Source of the DNA: Mobula birostris
Lineage: Eukaryota
Direction: 5' to 3'
DNA length: 64,000 bases
NCBI RefSeq assembly: GCF_030028105.1
Contig: NC_092371.1
Span: forward strand, 40,476,439-40,540,438
Part shown: piece by piece, positions 50,991 through 63,574 of the stretch
Numbering within the stretch: the first letter of the stretch is position 1
How the letters are laid out: each line of letters begins with the position of its first letter
Notes under the pieces: model-generated
Told to the model about the DNA's origin: nothing
The model's input: only the letters and a program-made list of their open reading frames with translations
The model's database searches: none
Translations under genes and position numbers: made by a program

Positions 50991-51630
50991 AGTTGAAGAT
51001 AAAATGTATCATGTCACTTAAGCAATTGGCTACGATTGATGGAAATTATCCAATCATCTCCGCCTTGTTTGGGAAAAGTGCTGGCACTTTTTCCTAATAG
51101 AATAACAATTAATTTTCTAATAAGCTCTTCTCAGGCTTCCAGTGGGGTACAGGTATCAGTTATACAGGTTATAATCAATACGTACCCATGTTGGAAGCCT
51201 GTGAAGAATTTATTTGTCATGTATGCTGGGAAAGCACTAGGTCCTTTTTCCAATTAATTTTCTGTTCAAATATTAACAACTTTGAATGTTAATTTGAACT
51301 TCATTATTAAAGTACACTTGTTCATGTTTTAAGTATCCCCAGCAAGTTTAATGTCTACAAAAAAAAACTGGATTGCTCCTCTGACCTAAAACTGGTTTAA
51401 CCTCCTATTTAACTAGTGTGTCCTACAGATTATCACCCTATTCCTTTCTTTGATAAAAGGACACAATAGAATGTTTGGTTTTAGTAGTACGTGCTCATGG
51501 TGATTACATTCAACTGCAATAGTGCAGTAAGAATGTATTTATTATTTGAATAGCGCAACAAAAGTTTAAATTGGAGAATATAAAATGCATTGATGGCCTG
51601 AAAGATGCAATGATAAGCAATTGAGCAGTA

Positions 51631-53815
51631 TCGCACACAAAAAATGCTGGTGAACGCAGCCGGCCAGGCAGCATCTATTGGAAGATGTACAGTCGACGTT
51701 TCGGGTCGAGCCTCTTCGTCAGGATTAACTGAAGGAAGAAATAGTAAGAGATTTGAAAGTGGGAGGGGGAGATCCAAAATGACAGGAGAAGACAGGAGGG
51801 GGAGGGATGGAGCTAACAGCTGGAAAGTTGATTGGCAAAAGGGATACGAGGCTGGAGAAGGGAAAGGATCATGGGATGGAAGGCCTAGGGAGAAAAAAAG
51901 GGGGAGGGGGTGCCCAGAGGATGGGCAAGGAGTTATAGTGAGAGGGACAGAGGGAGAAAAAAGAGAGAGGAAAAAAAGGGGCAAAAAATAAAAATAATAA
52001 TAAATAAGGGATGGGTACAAAGGGGAGGTGGGGCGATAACAGAAGGTAGACAAGTCAGTGTTCATGTCATCAGGTTGGAGGCTACCCATACGGAATATAT
52101 GGTGTTGTTCCTCCAACCTGAGTGTGGCTTCATCTTGACAGTAGAGGGGGCTGTGGATAGACATATCAGAATGGGAATGGGACATGGAATTAAAATGTGT
52201 GGCCACTGGGAGATCCTGCTTTCTCTGGCGGACAGAGTGCAGGTGTTCAGCGAAACGGTCTCTCAGCATGCTTCCGGTCTTGCCAATATGTAGAAGGCCA
52301 CATCGGGAGCACCGGACGCAGCATATCACCCCAGACGACTCACAGGTGAAGTGTCACCTCACCTGGAAGGACTGTCTGGGGTCCTGAATGGTGGTGAGGG
52401 AGGAAGTGTTAAGGGCATGTGTAATAGTTCTGCTTACAAGAATAAGTGCCTGGAGGGAGATTGGTGGGAAGGGATGGGGAGACGAATGGACAAGGGAGTC
52501 GCAGGGTGAGGGCAGGGTGAAAGTTGGAGGCAAAGTTAATGAAGTCAACGAGCTCAGCATGCGTGCAGGAAGCAGCACCAACGCAGTCGCAATGCAGTTC
52601 CTCAAGTTTACCTGGTCCATTTCCAACACCTCCTTCTCCTGATCTTTGTCATAAGCTGTCTCAAGATGTCCACCTTAAGCCTATGGACTCTCACAGCTAC
52701 CTGGACTATTCCTCTTCCCACCCTGTCTCTTGCAAAAATGCCAACCCCTTCTCGCAATTCCTCCGTCTCCGCTGCATCTGCTCTCGGGATGAGGCTTTTC
52801 ATTCCAGGACGAAGGAGATGTCTTCTTTTTTTTAAAGAACGAGGCTTCCCTTCCTTCTCATATCATTTCTCTGCCCCCCCCCCCAACCCCCATCCCTTCC
52901 CACCGATCTCCCTCTTGGCACTTATCCTTGTAAGCGGAACAACTACACATGCCCTTACACTTCTTCCCTCACCACTATTCAGGGCCCCAAACAGTCCTTC
53001 CAGGTGAGGCGACACTTCACTTGTGAGTCGTCTGGTCTGATATACTTTGTCCGGTGCTCCCGTTGTGGCCTATATATTGGCGAGACCTGACGGACGCAGG
53101 CTGGGAGACCATTTCACTGAACACCTACGCTCCGTCCGCCAGAGGAAGCAGGATCTCCCAGTGGCCACACATTTTAATTCCACGTCCCATTCCCATTCTG
53201 ATATGTCTATCCACGGCCTCCTCTACTGTCAAGATGAAGCCACACTCAGGTTGGAGGAACAACACCTTATATTCTGTCTGGGTAGCCTCCAACCTGATGG
53301 CATAAACATTGACTTCTCTAACTTCCGTTAATGCCCCACCTCCCCTTCATACCCCATCCCTTATTTATTTATTTATTATTATTATTTTAATTTTTCCCCT
53401 TTTTTTTCTCCCTCTGTCCCTCTCACTATAACTCCTTGCCCATCCTCTGGGCTCCTCTCCCTCTTTCTTTCTCCCTAGGCCTCCTGTCCCATGATCCTCT
53501 CCCTTCTCCAGCCTCGTATCCCTTTTGCCAAACAACTTTCCAGCTCTTAGCTCTATCCCTCCCCCTCCTGTCTTCTCCTATCATTTTGGATCTCCCCTCC
53601 CCCTCCCACTTTGAAATCTCTTACTATCTCGGGATCAATAAAGTATGTCTATGTCTATCTCTTCTTTCAGTTAGTCCTGACGAAGGGTCTCATCCCAAAA
53701 TGTCAACTGTACCTCTTCCCATAGATGCTGCCTGGCCTGCTGCATTCACCAGCATTTTTTGTGTGTGTTGCTTGAGTTTCCAGCATCTGCAGATTTCCTC
53801 GTGTTTGCATTTTTA
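51631..53815. mobile_element. Penelope-like element (GIY-YIG + partial RT) with inverted duplicated 3' region, 12-bp TSD
   Basis: GIY-YIG peptides occur on both strands (CSRCGLLHIGKT…RFAEHL…ATHFNS; LRLEEQHLIFCLGSLQPDGIN). The RT thumb KPMDSHSYLDYSSSHP…PFSQFLRLR is present. AATTGAGCAGTA is duplicated at 51619-51630 and 53816-53827. Confidence 0.9.
51690..51726 (-). ncRNA. Minimal type I hammerhead ribozyme motif (core intact, stems partly mutated)
   Basis: The minus strand reads AAUC-CUGACGA-AGAGGCUCGACCC-GAAA-C-GUC-GACUG. The CUGANGA, GAAA and GUC elements are in the correct order and spacing. Confidence 0.65.
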
Positions 53816-54324
53816 AATTGAGCAGTAAACATGTTTGTACAGCCACTGGCTTAAAAAAAAATGCAAGGGTTTTTCAAGTCATTTTTTTGTGTTCCCCTTA
53901 AGAGACAATAGGACAATTGGTTTGTCATCCCTCTTCTGTATATATTGTGGTTTCGGCTGAAGAACATTTCTTCTGGCTATTTGACGATGTAAATTGGTTT
54001 GCTTTTTGGGAAAAAAAAGCCTTTGGAAAATTATTGCTTGATTTTGCAGATTTCAAAAGATGATTTTGGTGTCTTCAATATTTATTTTACAAAACATCAT
54101 GCCCTGCTTGATCATTGCTCTTGATTTAGATTCATCAATGTATCCAGTTAGTTCTGTACATTTGTATATCTTTTCCCTTGTAATAGCATTTGATAGCTAT
54201 GTAAATGAATGGCCTTGGGAGCTGAACAGCTTTGATCTGTTCACCAATGGCATTGGATAGTTGCGGCATTTGGCCATCAACTCATTACCGGGCCATTATC
54301 ACACTGCTTAGCCCCTTCTCCTTA

Positions 54325-55109
54325 GGCTGCGTCACACTAGACTGGATAAATCCGTAACCAAAGCCTTTTCTCTTCTCTTTGACCCTCTGTCCACACTGAA
54401 ACGCCGTTTTCCTCCCCCAGAAACAGAGCTTTTCTGAGACGCTCTCTAGAGTTTTAAAATCTGAAAATGCCGGTTTTGCATTGTAGTGTGTACGGGGTAA
54501 CCGGAGGTTTCAAAAAAACTGTCGTCCCTTTCATCGTTGAAGAGACTATGGCTGTAGGAAATGTTTCCAGGGTGACCCCTCTGTGGGAGTGGGGAAGATG
54601 TTGGTGGGGCCACCCGAGGGTCTGTGTGTCCGTATGTGTAGCTATTGTAGTGGCTGTGAGGTTGGTATTGTGGCGGTGAAGAGTACTGGGTGGAAGCCAT
54701 CGTATTCCTCATCATTGCAAATCCCTCTGCAACAGAGTTGGTCAGGTTTTCAATGTTTGTCGTCAGCCAGATCATACTGTCCGTGAGCTCCCTGTCGGTT
54801 GCCTCCATATGCTCCAGTATTTGTTTTTTTAGATTTAAGTCCTCCTGCGCGAGAGCCAACGGCTGTCAGTTGTTTGGCAATTTCCTTTTAAGTTTCTCTA
54901 GTCTGTAACTGGACAAACGTGCACCAAGTATACCGTTTCCTCTTGGCTTGTTTTCTTAGATGTGTCCTGCGCATGCCCAGTAGGAGATTCACCCAAATAC
55001 CCGTTTTAATGTGGACGGAGGTATTTTCAAAACTGCCTGGTGCGGACGCCTATCGTTTTTATGCGAAACCGGTGTTTTCAAAATTATACGGTCTAGTGTG
55101 GATGTAGCC
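54325..55109. mobile_element. PIF/Harbinger internally deleted element, TTA TSD
   Basis: TIRs GGCTGCGTCACACTAGAC and GTCTAGTGTGGATGTAGCC, with TTA on both sides (54322-54324, 55110-55112). Carries a minus-strand coding remnant at 54446-54900. Confidence 0.85.
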
Positions 55110-55269
55110 TTAACTTAGCATTTATTTCCTTCACAGTAGATTTCTCTTTCTCCCTCTTGAATATCAGTATTTCAGCTGCAAGTAGTGCATTGTAGTATCA
55201 AATCTCGGGCTACTTTTAAAACATTCATCAAATCACTATTAATTATCTTTCGCTATATACTCTGTAATT

Positions 55270-55920
55270 TCTCATCAACCCTTCCCCCAGTGGAAATAAT
55301 TTGCCAGTACCCACCTTGTTCAGAAACTTGATCATTTTACATACTTGTATTGAATCTCCCTTCAGACATCTCTATAGAAAATAGTCCTAGCTTTCCCAAT
55401 TTCTCCGTGTAACTGTAATTCCTCAATCCCTGGATCCATTCTTTTTGCATCTTTTCTGGGATTCTCCAGTGTCATCTTATACTTCCTTTAATGAGGTGAC
55501 CAGAAATGAATGGAAAACTCCACTTGAAGCCAGACCAGTGTTTCATAAAGGTTTAGCATAATAGCTTGACTTTTATATTCTATACCTCTATAGATAAAAT
55601 GCAAATTGTGTAAGCCTTATCATTTTCTCAACCTGTGACACTGCATCCAATTACATGTGAACTCTCATACTTGTATTCTCCCTCTCACACGTCTTTTAAA
55701 ATTTTATATTGTCAAAATGCAGCATCTCTCCGTTTTCCACATTAAATACCATCTGCTCTGCATCTGCCACTCTACTAGGTTCTTTTATCCTGCTGCAATT
55801 ATTTCTTAGTTTCCAGCTATTAAGTTTTGTGTCATCCAGGCATTTTAGAAATTGTGGTTCCCATTTATGTAGGTCAATAGAAAAAAAAATGGTCCTGGTA
55901 TTGAGGACCACCCTCAAGAT
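55270..55920 (-). mobile_element. Old CR1 RT/3' fragment
   Basis: KCLDDTKL…QMVFNVENGEMLHF remnant of FADDTKL…WQMxFNxxKCEVxHF. Confidence 0.6.
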
Positions 55921-57057
55921 GGGGTAGGGGGGGGGGAACAATTGTTAACCACTGCTTAAACTTTGCTGATAAATGTTGACAACAATGAATGATCAGTAGT
56001 AATTTATTTGCATTCCAATATTGTAAGCTCTGTTCTGTTTTGTATCTTGGAGAATGATGCATTCAGTTGATTGTGTATCTATAACTAAACCCTTCAGCTT
56101 TTCTTGAACTGGTTCTTGGAATCTAAAATTCATAGAATTGTACACCATAGAAATGGAGCTGGCAACTTGGTGTTCTCTTTAGTTCATTCTGCCGTGGAAA
56201 ATACATTCTGCCCTGTTAAATTCTTCATTGGATCATCTTTCAACAGAACATAATTCTTTTACCCCAAGTGTTTTCATAACTAAAGGTTGATAACTTTTCC
56301 ACAAACTCCTTCCTGGTCTTGACCCTGTTCTTTTAAAATAAAATTCACAAAATGGAAACAACAATTTAATTGTAACTAAATGAATAATTTGTACAAATTT
56401 AGCACTACACAGATATTTAACATATAAAATAGTGTTTTGGAGTCCCATGTTCATGAAAGGCACAAACTAAATGTTTTCACTATTATCATTTCTGATTTTG
56501 AACTCGAAGGATTTTTTTTGTCAAACATCTGATCTTCAAGTATGCAGTCATTCATGTGTTGTTCTAACTCCTTTGTTTGGGGTGTGTGACTTCAGTTTGT
56601 GAATCTTGCTTTTCACTCTAGCAAATAGAGTGTTGCTTTCTGCCCGTTGGAATACAATGCACCAAAATATAATGCTGCATTAAAGCCTTATTGGGAATTT
56701 TACTTAATGAAGTATTTTCCAGGAAAACTCCACTTCTCATTTGCGTATAACTGTATGTAAACTCTGAGCAATATAATCTCTACCTAATATGATCCCTCTC
56801 AAGTTCTATCATCTATTTGATTGCATCATCCTGAAGACATAGGTAGTCTTCCATCATGAGGGATGCAGCTCAATAGACAGGGTCTTGTATTTATCACCAT
56901 TGACTTTCCATTTTTTAGGCAATCTCTAAGCATACTCCTGACTTACTGAAACAAAATAATGACTTTCCCCAGTTTCAGAGTGTTGCAAATGAGTTTAAAC
57001 ATGTTATTTATTGTTTTATTTGAATGAAGAGCACCGGCTGATTTGTGCATGTCAATG

Positions 57058-57900
57058 TAAGAACATTAGAAGCAGGAGTGGGATCATGCTTGACCGGCCA
57101 TCATTTTTCCACTGCACGGCCCCTGTGGATGGAGAATTCCAAAGATCAGTACACTCTGGATAAAGTAATTTTCTTCCCATCTTTGTCCTGAGTGACCAGT
57201 TACTTATTTTGAAGCTGTCACTTCTAGTAGAGATAGAGAAACATCATCTCTACATTTTTCCCTGTCCAGTTCAGGAAAAAGGTTGCATGTTTTGAGACTT
57301 TCCTTTCATTCTTCTAAGCGATCAAAAATGTATGCTTAATCTACTTGTAAGACAAAGCCACCAGTCCAGGAATGAACCTGATGAACCTTTTGCTACACTT
57401 TTATAGTGCAAGCAAGTGAGGAGAGCAGATGTGTACTCTAGAAGTGGTGTTGTCAGACAGTAAGATGACACTACTCTTGTACACATGGTATGCAGGATGC
57501 ATTCCCAGGTTGAAGATGCCAATAGCATTCACTTAAAGAGTTGTGTATGGAGAGATGTGTTATTGGCAACAAGGCTAGAAGGGGCCTAATAATGCAAAGG
57601 GTGATATAACAGGTCAGCAGTCTAAGCTGTGTGTTCAGATCCTATTGTAATAAATGACCATTTGCTGTGTTAGTTGCTTGCTGTATCAGTGGGCTATTTT
57701 TCAGTGATTCATGTATAGATACACCAAGTTTCCTTCTGAATACCACCATCTTTCATGTAATGTCCTGTCTGTCATATCCTTATGTATTTGTTTAGCCTGT
57801 GTATACCCTTGACCTCTCTGCACAGCTATCATAATTCACTGCCTCTTAGCCAGTTATCGGTAAAACTTGGATATATTTGATCATGTCATCCATATTATTG
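57058..57900 (-). mobile_element. Old CR1 3' fragment
   Basis: TAAGAACATTAGAAGCAGGAGT tail followed by sequence resembling 12320-12990. Confidence 0.5.
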
Positions 57901-58311
57901 CAATTAATTCAATTTGCGGGTATATTGACCAACTCTTCAAATTGGTTGAAGAATAAAATAGCAAGCTAGATATCGAAACCTACATTCTTATTCAAAAGTT
58001 GCATGGAATCTTCTACCTTCTTGCAGAGTCGGAAGTGGAAGCCACTGAAGTCTTGCCCAAGTGATTCTGACTAGCAGGATAGCACTTGTGCTTAAATACT
58101 TAAGTCTTTGGAGTGCAGATTTTACACATGACTTAGCAATGCCGCAAGCCAAAATTTACCAAACGTCTTTTTGAAATTTGTGGGTTAAACTTTCTCCTTT
58201 AACTAGGACATTTTTACAGTTTCCTCATGTAACTCAAATTCAGGATGATACCTGTTGTGCAGTTGGTCCACTAGGGGTGGGTTTACAATTGTGCTCTTAT
58301 GGTATATATTT

Positions 58312-60655
58312 TAGACCGTAAGATATAGGAGCAGAATTACGTCGTTTGGCCTACTGAGTCTACTCTATCGCTTCATCGTGGCTGGCCCATTTCCCTTTCA
58401 GCTCCAACCTCCTGCCTTCTCCCTTTAACCCTTCATGCCCTGACTAATGAAGAATCTATCACCGTCTGCTTTAAATATGCCCAATGACTTGGGCTCCACA
58501 ACTGCGTGTGAAAATGAATTCCACAGGTTCACCATTCGCTGGGTAAAGAAATTCTTCTTAATCTCCATTCTAAATGGACATCCCTCTGGTTTTAGACTCC
58601 CTGCCATAGGAGATAGCCTCTCTATATCCACTGTATTGAGGCCTTTCACCATTCAATAGGTTTCGATGAGGTTCCCTACCTGCCCCCCATTCTTCTGAAT
58701 TCCAGTGAATACAGGCCAAAAGCCATCAAATGCTCCTTGTATAATAAGCCTGTCAATCCCAGAATCATTTTTGTGAACCTCTTTTGAACTCTCTCCAATG
58801 TCAGCACATCCTTTCCAAGATAAGGGGCCCAAACCTGATGGCAATACTCCAAGTGAGGCCCCATCAGTGCCTTAAAGCCTCAACATTACATCCTTACTTT
58901 TAAATTCTAGTCCTCTTGAAGTGAATGCTAACATCACATTTGCCTTTCTCACCACCGACTCAACCTTTAGGGAATCCTCCATGAGTACTTTCAAGTCCTT
59001 TTCCACTCAGATTTTTGATTTTTTTTTCTCTCTCCATTTAGAAAATGGTCTACCATTTTTTTTATTTCTACCGAAGAGCATGACCATACAATTCTGGATA
59101 CTGTATTCCATCTGTCACTTTGCCCATTCTCATAATCTGTCTTAAGTCCTTCTGTAGCCTGTCTGCTTCCTCAACACAACCTGCCTCTCCACCTATCTTC
59201 ATATCATCAGCAAATTTGGCCACAAAGCCATCAATTTCATCATCCAAATGATTGACATATAATGAGAAAATAAGTGGTCCCCAACACAGAACCCTGTGGA
59301 AAACACGAGTCACTGGCAGCCAACCAGAAACCAAATCAGCCAATCTTCTATCCATGCTGGTATCTTTCCTGTAATACCATGGTTATTAACTTATTAATCA
59401 GCCTCGTGTGTGGCAACTTGTCAAAGGCCTTCTGAAAATCCAAGTACACAACATCAACTGATTTCTCCTTTGACTATCCTGCTTGCTATTTCTTCAAAGA
59501 ATTCCAAAAGATTTGTCAGGCAAGATTTTCCCTTGAGGACACCATACTGACTAAGGCCTATTTTATCATGTGCCTCCAAGTACCCTGAGACATTCTTAAT
59601 AATCAACTCCAACATCTTCCCAACCATTGAGGTCAGATTAACTGGCCTATAGTTTCCTTTCTTCTGCCTCTCTCCATTCCTGTCCTCTGAAACCATGACA
59701 AAATATGTTGATTCTTGAAAGATTATTTCTAATGCATCCACAACCACCTCTGCTACCTCTTTCAGAACACTGGGGTGTAGACCATCTAGTTCAGGTAATT
59801 TACCTATTTTCAGACCCTTCAGTTCCCAAGTACCTACTCCTTAGTGATGACAACTTCACTTGCTTCTGCTCCTGACACACTCGAATGTCCAGCATCCTGC
59901 TAGTGTCTTCCTCAGGGAAGACTGATGCAAAGTACTTAGTTCGTCCACCATTTCCTTGTCCCCCATTACTACTTCTTGAGCATATTTTCCAGTGGACTGA
60001 TATCTACTCACCTCTTCTACTCTTCATATACCTGAAGAAACTTTGGGTATCCTCTTTAATGTTATTGGCTAGTTTGCCTTTGTATTCCACCTTTTCCTTC
60101 ATTAAGATTTTTTTAGTTGCCTTTGGTTTTTAAAAGCTTCCCAATCCTCTAACTTCCCACTAATTTTTGCTCTGTTATATGCCCTCTCTTTGGTTTTTAT
60201 GTTGGCTTTGACTTTGACTTCCCTTGTCAGCCATAGTTGCATTCTGCTTTTAGAATACTACTACTTTGGGATGCATCTATCCTGCACCTTTTCAATTGCT
60301 CCCAGAAACTTCAGCCATTGCTATTCTGCCGCCATCTCTGCTAGTGTCCCCTTGCAATCAATTTTGACCAGCTCCTCTCTCATGCCTCTGTACTCCGCTC
60401 TATTACTGATACATCTGACATTAGCTTCTCACTGCAGGAGTGAATTCAGTCATATTATGATCATTGCCCATGAAGGGTTCTATTACTTTAAACTCTCTAA
60501 TCAATTCTGTTCATTGCACTACATCAAGTGCAGAATAGCTGATTCTCCTCATGGGCTCAATCATGAGCTGCTCTCAAAAGCCATCTTGTAGGTATTCTAC
60601 AAATTCCTCCTCTTTGGACCCACCACCACCTTGATTTTCCCAACCTACCTGCATA
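58312..60655 (-). mobile_element. CR1/HER1-like LINE, disrupted ORF2 + 3' UTR
   Basis: GNYRPVNLTS, GKSCLTNLLEFFE, KFADDMKIGG and PHLEYC…WAPYL motifs, with multiple frameshifts. Confidence 0.9.
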
Positions 60656-63574
60656 TTACTGCCTGTGTCACGTGACGGTGAGTACAGGAATAGAGCGAGG
60701 CAGAGGATAAACGGGTGACTGAGGGATTGGAGCAAGGGCAGTGATTCTAGATTTCTGGATCATTGGGACCTCTTTTGGGGTAGGGGTGACCTGTACAAAA
60801 AGGACGGGTTGCACTTGAATCCCAGGGGGGACCAATATCCTGGCGGGGAGGTTTGCTAAGGCTATTTGGGAGAATTTAAACCAGGATTGCTAGGGGGAGG
60901 GAACCAAACTGAAGAGACCGAGGAAGAGGCGGTTGGCTCACAAATAAAAAATGCTTGAGGACAGTGTGAGAGGGATGATAGGCAGGTGATGGAGAATGGA
61001 TGTGCTCACACCAGTGGTTTGAGATGTGCCTATTTTAATGCAAGGAGTATTATGAACAAAGTGGGGTGAGCTTAGAGCATGGATCAGTACTTGGAGATGT
61101 GATGTTGTGGCCGTTACAGAGACTTGGATGGCTCAGGGGCAGGAATGGTTACTTAGAGTGCCAGGCTTTAGACGTTTCAGAAAGGACAGGGAGGGAGGCA
61201 AAAGAAGTTGGGGCATGGCACTGTTGATCAGAGATAGTGTCACGGCTGCAGAAAAGGAGGAAGAGATGGAGGGATTGTCTACGGAGTCTCTGTGGGTGGA
61301 AGTCAGGAATAGCAAGGGGTCAATAAATCTACTGGGTATTTTTTATAGACCACCCAATAGTAACAGGAACATCGAGGAGTAGATGGGGAGACAGATTCTG
61401 CAAAGATGTAATAATAACAAGGTTGTCGTGGTGGGAGATTTTAATTTCCCAAATATTGATTGGCATCTCCCTAGAGTGAGGGGTTTAGATGGGGTGAAGT
61501 TTATTAGGTGTGTTCAGGAAGGTTTCTTGACACAATTGTAGCCTTATCTACATAAAGGAGAGACTTTATGTAGTACTTGATCTGGTATTGGGAAATGAAC
61601 CTGGTCAGGTGTCAGATCGCTCAGTGGGAGAGCATTTTGGAGATAGTGATCATAATTCTATCTCCTTTACCTTAGCATTGGAGAGGGATAGGAATAGATA
61701 AGTTAGGAAAGTATTTAATTGGGAGTAAGGGGAAATATGAGGCTATCAAGCAGGAACTTGGAAGCCTAAATTGAAAACAGATGTTCTCAGGGAAATGTAT
61801 GGAAGAAATGTGGCAAATGTTCAGGGGATATTTGCGTGGAGTTCTGCACACGTACGTTCTAATGAAACGGAAAGGATGGTAGGGTACAGGAACCGTGGTG
61901 TACAAAGGCTTTTGTAAATCTAATCAAGAAGAGAAGAAAAGAAAAGCTCACGAAAGATTCAAAACACTAAGTAATGATAGAGATCTAGAAAATTATAAGG
62001 CTAGCAGGAAGGAGCTTAAGAAAGAAATTAGGAGAGCCAGAAGGGCCCATGAGAAGGCCTTGGTGGACAGAATTCAGTTAAACCCCAAGACATTCTACAA
62101 GTATGTGAAGAGCAAGAGGATAAGACATGAGAGAATAGAACCAATCAAGTGTGACAGTAGAAGAGTGTGTATGGAACTGGAGGAGATAGCTGAGGTACTT
62201 AATGAATACTTTGCTTCAGTATTCACCACAGAAAAGGATCTTGGCAATTGTAGGGATGACTTACAGTGGACTGAAGAGCTTGAGTGCGTAGATATTAAGA
62301 AAAAGCATGTGCTGGAGCTTTTGGAAAGCATCAAGTTGGATAAGTCACTGGGACCAGACGAGATGTACCCCAGGCTACTGTGGGAGGCAAGAGAGGAGAT
62401 TGCTGAGCCTCTGGCGATGATCTTTGCATCATCAATGGAGATGGGAGAGGTTCCGGAGGATTGGAGGGTTGTTGATGCTGTTGCCTCATTCAAGAAATGG
62501 AGTAGAGATGGCCCAAGAAATTATAGCCCAGCGAGTCTTACTTCAATGGTTGATAAGTTGATGGAGAAGATCCTGAGAGGCAGGATTTATGAACATTTGG
62601 AGAGGCATAATATGATTAGGAATAGTCTTTGTGAAAGGCAGGTCGTGCCTTACGAGCCTGATTGAATTTTTTGAGGATGTGACTAAACACATTGATGAAG
62701 GTAGAGCAGAAGATGTAGTGTATATGGATTTCAGCAAGGCATTTGACAAGGTACCCCATGCAAGCGTTATTGAGAAAGTAAGGAGGCATGGGGACTTGTC
62801 CAAGGGTACCTTGCTTTGTAGATCCAGAACTGGCTTGCCCAGATGGCTTGTGTTCTGCATGGAGGTCGGTGAGCAGTGGTGTGCCTCAGGGATCTGTACT
62901 GGGACCCCTTCTCTTTGTGATTTTTATAAATGACTTGGATGTGGAAGTGGAGGGGTGGGTTAGTAAATTTGCTGGTGACACAAAGATTGTGTGTGTTGTG
63001 GATAGTGTGGAGGGCTGTCAGAGGTTACAGCGGGACATTGATAGGATGCAAAAGTGGACTGAGAAGTGGCAGATGGAGTTCAACCCAGATAAGTGTGAGG
63101 TGGTTCATTTTGGTAGGTCAAATATGATGGCAGAATACAGCATTAATGGTAAGACTCTTGGCAGTGTGGAGGATCAGAGGGAACTTGGGGTCCGAGTCCA
63201 TAGGACACTCGAAGATGCTGCACAGGTGGTTAAGGCATACGGTGAATTGTCCTTCATCAATCGTGGGATTGAGTTTAAGAGTCGAGAGGTAATGTTGCAG
63301 CTACATAGGACCCTGGTCAGACCCCGCTTGGAGTACTGTGCTCAGTTCTGGTCACCTCACTACAGGAAGGACGTGCAAACCATAGAAAGGGTGCAGAGGA
63401 GATTTAGAAGGATGTTGCCTAGATTGGGGAGCGTGCCTTATGAGAATAGGTTGAGTGAACTTGGCCTTTTCTCCTTGGAGCAATGGAGGATGAGAGGTGA
63501 CCTGATAGAGGTGTACAAAATAATGAGAAGAATTGATTGTGTGGATAGTAGAGGCTTTTTCCCAGGTCTGAAAT
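60656..63574 (+). mobile_element. CR1-like LINE: ORF1 esterase C-terminus plus disrupted ORF2 (APE endonuclease + RT)
   Basis: ORF1 remnant DHWDLFWGRGDLYKKDGLHLN (SGNH-type). ORF2 motifs YFNARS, AVTETW, YRPPNS, GDFNFP, YMDFSKAFDKVPH, SGVPQGSVLGP and KFAGDTK. Confidence 0.93.

Noticed and set aside
51481-52329. 282-aa minus-strand ORF as an intact gene
   Set aside because: It is a GIY-YIG remnant with mutated motifs reading through into low-complexity UTR and flank.
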